From assembly GCF_026210795.1 (NCBI RefSeq), contig NC_089431.1, forward strand, positions 62,001 to 126,000: 64,000 bases of DNA, read 5' to 3'. Numbering within the stretch: the first letter of the stretch is position 1; every line of letters begins with the position of its first letter. Below the pieces are notes generated by a model. It saw nothing but the letters and a program-made list of their open reading frames with translations, was not told the DNA's origin and did not search any database. Both the position numbers and the translations under genes were made by a program. This stretch comes from Rhizophagus irregularis (taxonomy: Eukaryota). Shown one piece after another: positions 36,796 through 49,470 of the stretch.

Positions 36796-38268
36796 CCATA
36801 TAGCGCTGCATATAGTAGTATAGTACCCCCTTGTAATAGTACTTCAAATAGTACAGGGGTATCGTTCGGGTATTTTTGAAAAATACCCGGCGGTACTAAT
36901 TAAAATTCGAATCATATTCCGACTTGAAAGTACCCAGTACTAATAAAAATTTATGTATATATATATTTAATTTAATAAAATCATAGCCGATAAACTTTAT
37001 TAAAAAAAACTATTAATGAATCATCAACTAGTATCGTTACACGATCAAAAGTCACCTATTATTAATCCCACACGTTAACGTTATTTGTTTCTTGAAAGAA
37101 AATAGAGAAATAAAAGTTTGTAAAATAGAAACACGACCTGAATTTCTTGATATCAATTTGATCTGAATCATGATCATCACTATGTTTATCAGAATTTTTT
37201 TACATTTTACATTTTGAAGTTTTTATTTCATATTAACTGAAAATTGAATTGAAAAAATCGTTAAAGTTCTTTTGATTACTTAATTCTATTATCACATGAT
37301 TAGTACCCTTCCAATGTACCTATACTTGCCGCCCATATTAATGGGATTGGGAGAATCCAAAGCCCATCCCAATCCCATCCCACCCAAATCTCTGTCCAAT
37401 CATATTTCAATATTAGATTTCTATTGATTTAATCGTAAAAAAGATTTTTTTTTTTATTAATAATATTAATTATTCTTTATATCTAATAAATAGGTTATTT
37501 AACAATTAAAAACTACCAAAATAGTTAAAACTTTACGACACAATTATACAAATAAAATGAGAAGGGGATTTTTTTTTTAATGAATCTGAATTGTATTTGA
37601 AAATTTACTTAAATTTATATGTTTTAATTTTGTTTTTTATTATACAATATCACAAAATATTTTTTTATTTTAATTTAAAGACTTATATTGCTCACTATAT
37701 TTGACAAATTTTAAGTTTTTCACATTATTTTTTATTTTAATGGGAAAAAAACACCAACTTCTAGTTATGTTCTAACTTAAAAAATAAAAAATATTTGAAA
37801 TTTTTCTTAATAAATACTTAGAGACCAACAAGAAGTTTTATTTTCCATATTTAATTTGAGGATTATTTTGTGCAAATGCGGTATTACATTTGGCCTAAAA
37901 TTTTCAATTTTAACCGATTTTAGGCCGACATTACGAATTTGGCCAGAATTAAGAAAATTTTGGCCGGAATTATAATTCAAAATCGTTGCACCTCAATTTA
38001 TAATATATCAATCATAGTAAAATAATATTTTATATACAGTATTATAATAATATAATCATTATTGATATAATAAATTTCACAATAAAAAATAATTTTGCAG
38101 TGAAAAAAAAACGGGATTTGGGATTTGGGGGATGGAATGGGAGTCCAATCCCATTTAAATGGGTGGCAAGTATAAATGTACGTACCCCTTTTTATAGTAC
38201 CCCCTCCTCTATTCAATCTAAGTGGACTTTCTTGAATAGTCTATATGCAGCGCTATACGGCTATACGG
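36796..38268. mobile_element. Non-autonomous TIR element with TA TSD
   Basis: TA|ccatatagcgctgcatatag ... ctatatgcagcgctatacgg(ctatacgg)|TA with gtacc subterminal motifs. Confidence 0.8.
37321..38174. mobile_element. hAT-like MITE
   Basis: TIRs tatacttgccgcccat / atgggtggcaagtata. TSD aatgtacc / aatgtacg (7/8). atccc/gggat subterminal repeats. Confidence 0.85.
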
Positions 38269-38854
38269 TAGATTACAACAAATTTCAAGCGGACTTTTTG
38301 ATATTCATCATAATTCTGGATTTGCGTTGTTCATAAAGATTTTCACTCAGGTAATATATTGCATGATAAATATGCTTCTTCATTTATAAGTGATTTAGGA
38401 ATGCGAAACAAGACAAAATATTTCAACGTGTATCGAATATCGATATTCTCACCATCCCTCAAAACTTAGTCCCGTGATAATGGAATCTTCCAGTTATACT
38501 GTACATACCTGTTACATAGTATGATTTCCTCATTTTAATCATTTCAATAATCGAGTAATTGCAACTGAGGTAATACACCGAGAACAAATATGAATGACGT
38601 TTTTTCTTATTATGCTAAGTAAATATGTACTTATAAATTTTTTTATAAACTCATTTTCAAAAGGGTCATGTAATGAGCCAAAACGACATTTATGTTAGAA
38701 AATGTTAGTTCAAATTTTGTCATTAGATGAGATATTATGGTGCTAAAAAAATCGTCAAACCATGAAGATTTTAATGAGAATACGATGTATTGGGAATAAT
38801 TATATTAAAAACATAAAGAACATAAAGTTACCAAAATAATTATCCGAAATCACA

Positions 38855-39125
38855 TGATGTAACCGGCAAATAAATCCAGCTAACTTTTTGGTGGTCGTTA
38901 ATTTGACATAATCTTACGGAAGAACAAAACTAATTCGGATTTCCTAATCGGAAGGAACACTGCACTGTACATGGTACACTGTTTATTTAAGTAGTCATCC
39001 AAAAATTGGTAGCCGGATTCATTTTTGCCGGTTCTTTAGAATTAGGGTTAGTGAATCATCCATAATATTATATGTAACCCGGCAGAATGAATTCGGCTAC
39101 CATTTTTTTGGAGGCGACTCTAGGA
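38855..39125. mobile_element. Remnants of MULE TIRs related to the 6307-9029 element
   Basis: ttcggctaccatttttttggaggcgactctagg (39092-39124) and ccaaaaattggtagccggattc (38999-39020) resemble that element's TIR. Confidence 0.6.
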
Positions 39126-39940
39126 ACTTAATTTAGATTAACTTATGTTAGAATCAATTAAATATTATTGCGTTCAAAGTTTTTATAAGGAATCCGAAAG
39201 ATATAATTCCCAATATAAATTAATCGTAATATTAACAAAGTCAAATACCATTGTTTCAAACGTACAATTTTTAAAATCAACAATACAACGAATTTTACTC
39301 ATTAATATTTCACTTTTAATATTTCATTTAACTAATTTTATTTTATTAATTTGTTTTTTTTAAAGGTAATTCCGTACACAGTATATATATTCATTATTAT
39401 TAGTGTCAGCATTCAAGTCAATTGATTCAAACGCTTATACCCATTAAGTCGAATAATGTAAAGACCTTATCTGATGTTATGCGTTACTATGCGCTGCACC
39501 ATCCATGCGATTATATAATACTTTGTTGTTTTCTTTTTATCTAAATAATTTAATCGTCTTAATAATTACAGAATTATTGAAGATACTATCGCCGCTTTAA
39601 CAACTGCTGTAATATTGGGCGTCCAGTTCTTCGTAAATTTTATACGATTAAAATATCTAACAGTTAAAATATTATACTTGTTGATAATGAATTAATTTTA
39701 GATCTTAAAAATGTATTTTATAAGGAAAAAGAAAAATTGATTACCTTTGACCATATTAAAGCACTGTTACAAGAAGTTTGCAATAGCATTTCTTTATTAA
39801 ATATAAATATTTATACAATATGATTTACATATTAAAAAAATAATTATCTAATACTATTATTATTCGCTATATTACTCTATTATTTAATAATATAATCACC
39901 AAATTTCAATGTACAGTATAATGTATAATTTCATATTTAA

Positions 39941-40080
39941 TAGTTACTCGGCACGAAGTGCCGATATTTGCAATAAGCAATATGATTGGTGGGATTTACT
40001 GAGCGCAGCTCAGCAAATTTCACTGACATGTAAGGCACGACAGTGCCGCAGTTACGAGGTCACGTTGTGCCGAGTAACTG
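39941..40080. mobile_element. 140-bp MITE (partial second copy at 61320-61400)
   Basis: TIR tagttactcggcac / gtgccgagtaactg. Shared interior tttgcaataagcaatatgattggtgg. Confidence 0.75.
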
Positions 40081-40630
40081 TTTTATCAGGCTATACAACT
40101 TAGTAACAGGTTGTACTAACATAAATCACCAATTAGTAAATGCCTGATAACATATAATACTTAATGTAACGTTCAATTTTTTTAAAATTACCTTCTCTGA
40201 AAATCAGCAAGTCAAATGAATTTATTACAATAAAATTTAACGTCGTAATTAAAGTTTTTTTTGAAAAAAAAGTTTGTCTGTTTATAAGAAAATTAACGAA
40301 ATAACTTTCCCAAAATGATTTGTTATTGTTTCTCAAATAGGAATAATATGATAAAGATATAGAAACAAATAAAAAAAATAATGTATTTACATTCAAAAAT
40401 CTTTAAAATCAAATTGATTATATATTTATTATATTTTATTATTGTTTTAAGTCTAAGATAAATATAAGTAAAAAATGTATAAAAATAATTCATTTGAACG
40501 AAATTAAGATGAAATTTTTTTTAATTCTTACATGAGAATTATGGATCACGAGATATTTTCACATTTTCTCAAATTTACTAGATTGTTTTTTTTCTAATCT
40601 TTTTTTAAAAAAAATGCCTATATAATTTAT

Positions 40631-41926
40631 TTATGGAGCTGGAGTACGTAAAAAGGCGTCTGGAGAACCCTTTTTAAGACCAGTAACAACTCCTTTTGTT
40701 GATAATTTAATAAGATCTTTTGTTAATTCAGCTGGTGGTTTATTACTACTCTTGGAAATTAAAAGAGCTAATGTACCAGCAACAAGTGGAGAAGAAAAAG
40801 AAGTACCATTAAGTACTAAATAATCATCATTTTCAGCAGCAGGAATAGCACCAAAAATTTGACGACCTGGAGCGAATATGTCAACACATTTTCCAATGTT
40901 TGAGAAATCTGTAACTGCATCACTTGTTTTTTCGGTAGCACCTACTGTAATAGCTGAAGGTGCAGATGCAGGTGATTGTCCACAAGCATCTTCAGAATCA
41001 TTACCAGCTGAAACAGCTATGTGAATACCAGCATCAGTAACTTCTTTGACAACATCATTTAAAGCTCGTGATACAGGAACTACTCCAAGTGACATGTTAA
41101 TAACTGAATTCTTGTTTTTACCATTTTTGTGTTGATCAATTACAAAGGATAAACCTTCAATCATATTGGAAGTTGAACCTTCACCTTTAGCATTTAAAAC
41201 TCTAACATCAATAATATTGGCTTTTCTTGCTACTCCTACAGTATTTCCAGCGGCAACACTAGCAACAAAAGTACCATGTCTATCTATATCATCTCTTTTA
41301 CAATTTTTACAGAAAGCACCTCCAAATTTGGCACGACCATCAAATTGTTCATGTGTAAGGAAAATACCACTGTCAACGATGAAAATATTTACACCTTTTC
41401 CAGCCGAATCAGGGTAAATAAATTTTCCATCCAATGGACGTTTAGCTTGATCAATACGATCAAGGTCTGTTAGTGGATCATCGTCTTCTGCACGTTTATT
41501 TATGAAATAACGTTTATTAAAACGTTGAGGGGCATCCACTTTAACTTTTTTTTCCTCTTCAACAAGTTTAACATTTTTCATCTTTTCAACTGCTTTTGCA
41601 AATTCAGGTGTAAAATATGAGGTATATCCTTGTATAGATCCATCAACAGAAAAATCCCTAATAATACTTTGATCAAACTGATCAGACACAGTACTAATAC
41701 TTTCATCAGCTTTAACAATGCTTTGAACACGTGTTTTATAGCATTTTTTCATTATTTCATAATGATCTTCGGCAGCATTCTTGACTTCTTTATCAAAAAT
41801 AACGATAAACCTCTTTTTCTCGGTGGTATTATCTTCGGCTTGTGAGGGACATTCTCTTTGAGCCGAGACTGAGAGAGCAGTTAGTACAACAATAGAAAAT
41901 ATTTTAATGAAGCTTGAAGCAACCAT
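40631..41926 (-). CDS. Secreted subtilisin-like serine protease (S8A, proteinase K type) with I9-like propeptide, 431 aa
   Basis: Hydrophobic signal peptide, FIVIF...VEEE propeptide, and catalytic triad motifs VDSG, HGTFVA and GTSFSSP, with oxyanion SAGN. Single intact ORF. Confidence 0.96.
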   Translation of the reverse strand: MVASSFIKIFSIVVLTALSVSAQRECPSQAEDNTTEKKRFIVIFDKEVKNAAEDHYEIMKKCYKTRVQSIVKADESISTVSDQFDQSIIRDFSVDGSIQGYTSYFTPEFAKAVEKMKNVKLVEEEKKVKVDAPQRFNKRYFINKRAEDDDPLTDLDRIDQAKRPLDGKFIYPDSAGKGVNIFIVDSGIFLTHEQFDGRAKFGGAFCKNCKRDDIDRHGTFVASVAAGNTVGVARKANIIDVRVLNAKGEGSTSNMIEGLSFVIDQHKNGKNKNSVINMSLGVVPVSRALNDVVKEVTDAGIHIAVSAGNDSEDACGQSPASAPSAITVGATEKTSDAVTDFSNIGKCVDIFAPGRQIFGAIPAAENDDYLVLNGTSFSSPLVAGTLALLISKSSNKPPAELTKDLIKLSTKGVVTGLKKGSPDAFLRTPAP

Positions 41927-42829
41927 GTTTTATTATTTCTCGAGTAATAGGTTTTTATATAGAGTAACAATTCCGTATAAAAGAAAAATTGTGCGTAAAG
42001 TGGTAAGATTTTTTTTTTGCTTTTTGTCTTTATATATGTGTAATAACCTCATGGCATTCTGAATATCTATAAAAAACTACTTAATTAAACAATGATCTTC
42101 ATGCATAAAAAGTTTATGCGGAAAAAAGAGAAATAATTCTTTTTAAATTATTTTGTACATCACTTACTAAACATAGAATTTTTAAAAACTATAATTAATT
42201 TTCTTTCAAATAAAGGATAGGCTTTTAAAAATATCAACTTCACTATCCCTTAAACGGGATTTTTTAAAAATTAGTTCTAGTTGATCAATTAAAAAAAAAT
42301 TTTGTATACATACAGCAAATTGCCGATGATATTTCTTTTTTGTATTTACTATGAATTTTAATATAATGATATTGTTAAACGTAAATAAGGGGTATCAAAG
42401 TGATAAGTGATAGAATGTGAATTCAAATATAGTGTAATATTAGGTTCACAGAATTTTTGTAAGATTTTTAAATTTAAAACAACAAAACCGGAAAATGGAA
42501 AGAAAAAAAAATCGAATTTCGGTTTACGTAACGGTAACCGAAAAAAAACAAAAAAAAAAAATTTAGTTGGTTTAAGGAAAACCGAAACCGAAAGGAAATA
42601 TATCGGCAACTGTTGTTTCTGGCTATTATCAAAATTATTTACAGGTTAATCTAGCTACTCGTTACACAGGAATTCTTTAACACATGATAGTTTGTTGATA
42701 AAGGTACCCACTCGAAAGTCTTGTCACTCTTGTTGTAATCAACAAGATTAATTATCTTCATTAACGGATTTTAAATTATAATGGTTTGATTTCTCAAAAT
42801 TCTTATTAGTTTTTTTAATTTCCAATATT

Positions 42830-43412
42830 ATCGCCGAAGTCATTTCGCCATTACGCCGAATGGACATTTGCCGAAACATTATTTATTACATTTGTTTATT
42901 TTATTGTTTTTATACTAAATATATAAAGAAATCTTTTCTAGAAAAATTTTTGAATTAGCTAATTTTATATCATTTTTTACTGAATAAATGATCAGGAAAA
43001 TAAAGTTATTTATTTATTGCTTAACAATTAATATGTTACTTGAATGTTAAAGTGATAATATCATAGAAGAAAAGACACTTAAAAATAAAAAGAATTTTTG
43101 TTTAATTGTTATTTTTATTGCAAAAATAGGTGACGTGACAAAAAAAATGTAAAATAGAAACTAAAAAATGAAATATTAAAGTACTCGATCAAGAATCGAA
43201 GATATTATTCAACGTCTAAGTTTTATTTTATAAATTTGTTATTTGTATATTCGAGTGTAAACCAGAATATTTAAAAAAAAATTTATTTTCATTGCGTGAT
43301 TAATATTTTTATAAGAGTGATAATCGCTATCATTTCTATGGACGATTCGGCGAAGTGGCTCGGCGAAACATCCCTTCGGCGAAATGGCTTTCGGCGAAAT
43401 ATACTGTAACCC
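42830..43412. mobile_element. MITE remnant with ttcgccgaa subterminal repeats
   Basis: cgccgaa clusters at 42830-42880 and inverted ttcggcgaa clusters at 43345-43400, ending atactgtaaccc. Confidence 0.55.
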
Positions 43413-43707
43413 TATTCAAATTCAATATTTCCAAGCATGTGCACCTATCTTGCTAGTTATTCATTGACTTCACATATTTTTTTACATAAAATTTTTTTTT
43501 ATTATTAAAGATTCAATATTAAATATAAATACTGTACATTTGTGATGATGATAATGAAATACTAAAGCTTATTAACGATTAAATTATGTGATTTGTTTAA
43601 GAGCTAACATTTTCAAATATATTTTAAGTATAATGGTTGGGCAATTTATTTACATTTTACATTTTTAAATTAAATAATTATTTGATAAAAAATGATCACG
43701 GCTTATA

Positions 43708-44005
43708 TTGTTGCTGACTTAGCCAAGTCTTTAAAAAAAACTTGTTGTCACCTGATCACCAACGTTGAGGTGCAGCAACATTGATCAGGACCTCGAAAAA
43801 AAGGGAAGGGGAAAGGGAAAGGAAAAGGAAAAAGAGCGAGGGAAAACAAAACATACACCACACGCACACACACCCCACACACACACCCACACTCCCACAC
43901 ACCCTCACCACACACCACACACCCTCCCACACACACATAAAGGACGAAGTATAGGTAAAGGTACTTATATACTTTTTTTTTTGAGATGGTCATGAGTCAT
44001 AAGTT
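43708..44005. repeat. Dispersed repeat: conserved 80-bp head, purine tract and CA-rich tract (copy 1)
   Basis: ttgttgctgacttagccaagtcttt...gaggtgcagcaacattgatcagg is shared with 52074-52153. Both copies end near tcatgagtcat. Confidence 0.8.
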
Positions 44006-44229
44006 ATGACTGATATTATAACATACCACAACTCCTTAATTGTCATACTGATAATTTCCTATTTAATAACTTCTGAGTTATATGATGAGTATAAAAAATT
44101 GCGTAAATTTACACAAAGATGACTCATGATTAAGTGTAACAAATTTATATACTTTACAAATATTACGAATGCCAGACTATAAATACATATTTTTAGACTA
44201 GTTTATAAATTTGTGTCCATATTATATAT

Positions 44230-44360
44230 ACTAGGAAACGGAGACCGTTATCAAGTCCGAAGCGCAGTTATCATTGTACATCATCACGCGCCGGACGGAC
44301 AACAGGACATTTGTGAAACCGATACGAATAATATATAGTCCTTCGTTACACTTCGGACTA
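44230..44360 (-). mobile_element. Short Helitron/Helentron-like repeat
   Basis: Minus strand begins gtccgaagtgtaacgaaggac and ends cttcggacttgataacggtctccgtttcCTAG|T. Related copies at 49334-49470 and 51797/53160. Confidence 0.45.
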
Positions 44361-44417
44361 ATTATAATTCAATTTTCTCAAAAATTTTCTTTTCGTGATT
44401 GCAGGTATTTCTACATC

Positions 44418-44770
44418 ATGGCACTTTGTCTTGTTTTAGGTGAGGAAGTTACGGATAGATTTATATTTGATATCTCCGACGAAATGTGAACTTCTGTGAA
44501 GATTTCGCATCTCCGGGAAGGCGTCTTTTAGCGTTCCTATACATAAAATCAAGTTATTGAAAGTAGCTATTCCTACCAAAGACTGAATGACGAAAAGATG
44601 GAAATATTTATCAACAAGTCTCATGAATCTATTAACGTTAAGGAAGAACTCGAATGTACACTATTGGACGCAGAAGATTCTATTAGTATCAAGATTGATA
44701 AGGTTCCTACTGATAATCATATCCACATAATGACATAATCGTCCAACCACCATCGCCCGCCACCACTGGC
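44418..44770 (+). pseudogene. Crinkler (CRN)-type N-terminal domain fragment
   Basis: LCLVLGEEVTDRFIFDIS, IKLLKVAIP (LWKV-like) and PTDNHIHI..IVQPPSPATTG (HVLVxxP-like end motif). Stops and frameshifts. Confidence 0.7.
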
Positions 44771-47602
44771 TCGATTCAACATCATATACTTATATTAGAG
44801 GCTAATTTCAGTTTTTTCTTTTTCTATAGACAGCACTTTTATCATGGGACCGCTGGATTTGTTCACTTTTTGTGGATTGTATTTTAAAAGCAACCAGGAT
44901 TTATTCCAAACAAAATATTTGGATTAATAAAAATCACGAGGAGGAATTTTCTTTTTACTTTTTATATTGCATTTTACTTACTTTTACTTACAACTTATTA
45001 TTAATATATTTTTTTGCACTAGTGTTTTTTTGTTTGATCAATTTCTCTCTACTCTATTCTTTTGAAGTCGTTCATGAATTGTTTTTTCGATCAGCAAGAA
45101 TCACATGATCCTTTTATCATATAATATATTTTAAATAGAATTCGTAGAATTTTAGTGGCTTGTCTTTTGTATTATAATTATGAGTTATTAAAGTTAAACA
45201 TAAGATAACTCACGATTATATTGAAATTGACATTATTAATAGGCTGATTTGTAATTTATTTTTTTATTTTTGCTTTGAAACAATACTTCATTAGTGTTAA
45301 TAAATGAAAATCTAAACACTTGAAGTATTATTACCTTCGTATTCTACTTAATCTACTCGTAACTAACTATACAAGATGAAATATCAATATACCCTTTTTG
45401 ATATATATTTTTGAGAAACGGCGTGATACGTGATTTACATCAAAATTATTGGACAAATTATATGGTCATGTGAAATCTGAGGAATTAATGAATGACATCA
45501 GACGCTTAAATTTTGTTATTTGATAGGGGTGTCAAAATATCATCCGAACTGCTTCGCAGTTCGGTGATATTCTAACCCCTATCAAATAACTATTATTTAT
45601 TTTCTATTTACAAGGGAGATAGAGACATAAATATTGGTCCAGTTAACTATAATTATAATATATCTTATTTTGTATACTGGTATATACCTGATACAACCAA
45701 TTTGTCATTTGATTATTTTATAATAAAGTGATCAAGATTTGTGTATCACTAACGTACAAAACATAACTTGTTTAAGGGGAAAATCTGGATGGACGATTGG
45801 CTACTAAAAAGTACTAATCACATGATCGTTTTTTTCAATAATTGCAATAAAATTTGTATATCGCCGGAAAAGACAAGACTCAAATATATAAAAACTGTCA
45901 AAAAATTTTACTGTTAGCTTTTGGCTGGCTGTACACAAATTGAACCTGACCTTTTACGTAGACTTGTAGGTATATATTTTATGATTATTTACGCTAATTA
46001 CAATATTTTAAGTAATAAAGAGTGTATATAAATATGAGTGTCGAACAAGACGAAATATTTCAACGGGTATCGATATTCTCACTATCAGCAAAGTGCAAAT
46101 ATTTTTTTCTGCTAGACAATTCGACAGAATTTCATAATCTGAATATATTCATGTCGTCATCAAATAGATACGATCGAATCCTCAAAACTTATTCACGTGA
46201 TAACTGATAATGGAAGGTTGTACTCTCGCGTTATACTTGAACCATAATTGTATATAATGAAATCATAATTTTAGTCCTTTAGTCAAAATTTATCACCAGA
46301 TACGCAATTTCAATAATATACAGTATATAAATAATAATTTAAATTTTGAGAGACAATTATTAGCTCCCGGAAAATTAGTTTATAGCTCATTTTATATATA
46401 TACGCAATTTTATAGAAGTACGTTCACTAATAAAAAATTTATTATTTTATTACAATAAATTTTTATTACAATAAATTAACTTGAACGTGAAAAATAATTA
46501 TTTAGGTAGTCGGTCAGTTAATGAAAATACTTATAATTTTGACTGGGATTTGGTATACTATCTAGCGTAATTAAGAATTAATCGATGACTACATGCTGGC
46601 TGTATCACTGTATGTAAGAATAAATTAAAAAAAAAAACTAAAATATTTGGTTAATTAATAATCTCTACTTATTATTTTTTATTTTTTAGTGCTCATTTTA
46701 TTTAAAATCAGTATTTTGAATTTGATATTTTTATTTATGTTTATTCATATATAATAAATTTATTTAAGAAATTATTTATTATACCTACTGGGTAGCAAAT
46801 TTTATATGTATTTATTTATCCGTTCCTAGTAGATTTTGCAAGTAAAAATTAACTATTGATTATACTATAATAGACGGATTTGAAAATTTGAATAATTCAG
46901 AAAGATTTGCATTTTCCAAATGAGAAAAACTTTCTTTTAATTTATTCGTAATCTCAATATTATTTTTCAAGTGTAATAGTAATAGTTCAATCTTTTAAAT
47001 GAAAAAAAAACCAAGTGAAAGAAAATAAGATTCAACAATAAAATATACTATTTATATTCACGATATACTATAAACACTTACTATTGTGTAAATGGAAGGG
47101 ATAAATCAATTATATCCTGGCTAACTGGAAAAGTAAAATTTTACTTTAGAATCGGAACATGATCGGCCTATATTCCTGATTAGCCAGTATATAAATAATA
47201 CTTGCATTACACAAATTAGACCTTCTGGTGATCTGGTCCAGGTTAGTGTCGATCACAACTATTTTATGTTTACGCGTCACCTGATCACGTGCAAGCACGA
47301 GTTCAAAAACACTAATTATCTGGGGGGACAATTTTTTTAGTGGTCCAAAACTTATTTGTCACCCGTTATTTGTCACTGTGATCGGCCTAACCTGTCAGGC
47401 TGTGCTGTCCCACATTTCGGACGTGCAAATAAAATAAAATAAAACTATAGCACCGATTGGCAAAAGAAAATTGTTGCGTTAATATGATGTACAGTACATC
47501 CGAAAAAAACTCCATATTTATTACACTGTATTGTAATTTTTCTTTTTATATTATTTATAAGTTTTATCATTAAAGTTTTCTTTTTTTCGAAATTATAATA
47601 AA

Positions 47603-49072
47603 ATGACTTGTCAACTTCCATCTGACTGTTTAAATGAGATTTTTGAATACTTAGAGGCAGATAAACTTACCTTACATTCATGTTTGTTAGTCAATCGTCT
47701 TTGGTGTGAAATTTCTGTTAGAATTTTATGGAAAAATATTTGGAATTTTAAAAGTTCTTTTCAACAACACGATACACTTAGAATAGAATCATCAATTATT
47801 AGTACATTATTTGCTTGTCTTCCAGATGAATCAAAAGAGCTATTACATAAAAATAAAATTTTTATTTCAACACCTACATCAAAGCAACCTCTGTTTAATT
47901 ATGCAGCATTTTTCAGGGCTCTTTCAATTTGTGAAATTAATAGAATGGTTGATAATGCCTTTAAAGACAAACCACTTATTAGTCCATTAAGCTTAAAAGA
48001 TAGAAATTATTTAGTCATGAATGAAATGATTAAAATGTTTGCAAGTCAAATTTATTCTTTAAAAAAATTATCCTATCGCTATTATTATAATATTAATTTT
48101 TCTTTTCCTTATTTTCCTGGAGTAAAAGATCTTTCAGAATTATATTGCAGTTCAAATCTTCCTTCTAGTTTTTTTCATCAGCTATCTAAAGTATGTCACA
48201 ATATACAAACACTCTCTATAGATTTTCAGGATCATGATGCCTCAAATGAGTTAAAAGAAATGATTTCTTTACAAAATAATTTAAAAAATTTAACATTATC
48301 AACTTTTGATGTAAGTTGGGAAAACATCATACCTGCTTTAAAAAATCACTCTAATATAACAAAATTATATCTTTATGGTAATTTTGATAATTTACCATTT
48401 TCATTTGTCAGTTTATTTCCAAATTTACAAGAATTTATATTTTCATTCCTTGGTGGAGAAGATTTTGAAAATTTTAGAACGTTGCAGTATGTTAATTTTT
48501 CAAAGTTACAAACTTTAAAAATTCCTTATCAATGCCCAAAACCTGAGTACATAATAAAATTTTTAGAAAATAATGGAAAAAACCTCAAAAAATTCCATAT
48601 AAGTGAAAGTGATAAAGCTTTTAATTTATCTATTGCTAAGTTTTGCCCAAACCTTAAAAATCTTTCTGCAATATTTAATAATGGTGAATCAGATGTATTA
48701 AAAACCATATTTATTAATTGTCAACAATTAGAAAGTATTAAAATATGGTGTGGAGAAGGATTATTAACTGAGAAAGAAATATTTGAAATTGTTGCAAATT
48801 ATTCACCAAATAATTTTTGTGAATTAAAAATATTCAACGAATCATATACTGGTATATCATCAGAAGATTTAGAATGTTTTTTTATAAGTTGGAAGAATAG
48901 AATACCAAAAAAATTGCTTACATTAATTAATATTAAAGATGATTATACTTATGATTTAGATGATTTTGAAGAAAATAGGAAAATAATTGAAAAATATGAA
49001 AATTTAGGTATTATTAAATTTAGAACTATAGAATATGAAGAAGAAGAAAAGGGTGAATTTTATTATTATTGA
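47603..49072 (+). CDS. F-box domain protein with LRR/RNI-like C-terminus, 489 aa
   Basis: N-terminal LPSDCLNEIFEYL...LHSCLLVNRLWCEISVRILW F-box followed by LxxLxL repeats. Intact intronless ORF. Confidence 0.92.
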   Translation: MTCQLPSDCLNEIFEYLEADKLTLHSCLLVNRLWCEISVRILWKNIWNFKSSFQQHDTLRIESSIISTLFACLPDESKELLHKNKIFISTPTSKQPLFNYAAFFRALSICEINRMVDNAFKDKPLISPLSLKDRNYLVMNEMIKMFASQIYSLKKLSYRYYYNINFSFPYFPGVKDLSELYCSSNLPSSFFHQLSKVCHNIQTLSIDFQDHDASNELKEMISLQNNLKNLTLSTFDVSWENIIPALKNHSNITKLYLYGNFDNLPFSFVSLFPNLQEFIFSFLGGEDFENFRTLQYVNFSKLQTLKIPYQCPKPEYIIKFLENNGKNLKKFHISESDKAFNLSIAKFCPNLKNLSAIFNNGESDVLKTIFINCQQLESIKIWCGEGLLTEKEIFEIVANYSPNNFCELKIFNESYTGISSEDLECFFISWKNRIPKKLLTLINIKDDYTYDLDDFEENRKIIEKYENLGIIKFRTIEYEEEEKGEFYYY

Positions 49073-49333
49073 TTTTTTTTTAATGTATTTTATTTATTTT
49101 TGTTCATAAATTCTAAGGTTAAATACTTATAATAAACTTAGTTAGATGGTATGCTATTGATACTTAAATTAGAAATAGCTGCAATAAAAGTTTTTTTAAA
49201 CTGAACTAAATTTAATAAAAACATGTTTAGAAAAAATTTATTATCTTTTTTATTTTCTTAAATTGTAAACAAAGATTCATTTTCAAAAATTTCTTAAAAA
49301 AGTGATTTTAAAGTGGCAAAATGATTCGTAATT

Positions 49334-49470
49334 GTCCGGAGCGAAGCGAAGAACTATTTAATTATATTCATGCAAAATATGAAAATTGCGCGACTGTCAG
49401 CCACGTGATCGTCAGCCAATGAAATCGCAAATTTTAGTTTCTTTCGCTCCGGACTTCAATGGTTTCCTAG
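49334..49470 (+). mobile_element. Short Helitron/Helentron-like repeat
   Basis: gtccggagcgaa...ttcgctccggac inverted repeat followed by ttcaatggtttcCTAG|T. Confidence 0.45.

Larger units (their letters stand above)
36355..38405 (+). pseudogene. Protein kinase pseudogene interrupted by nested TEs
   Basis: WCQPCNAKRFKDNFKNWTS and YMMVLEYCKNENLRNYL before the insertion; HKDFHSGNIL and ISDLGM after it. Frameshifts and deletions. Confidence 0.85.

Noticed and set aside
41166..41845. Plus-strand ORFs
   Set aside because: Antisense shadows of the subtilisin CDS.
40631..41926. Horizontal transfer of the intronless subtilisin
   Set aside because: Signal peptide + I9 + proteinase K architecture is ordinary for fungi, and lack of introns alone is not evidence.
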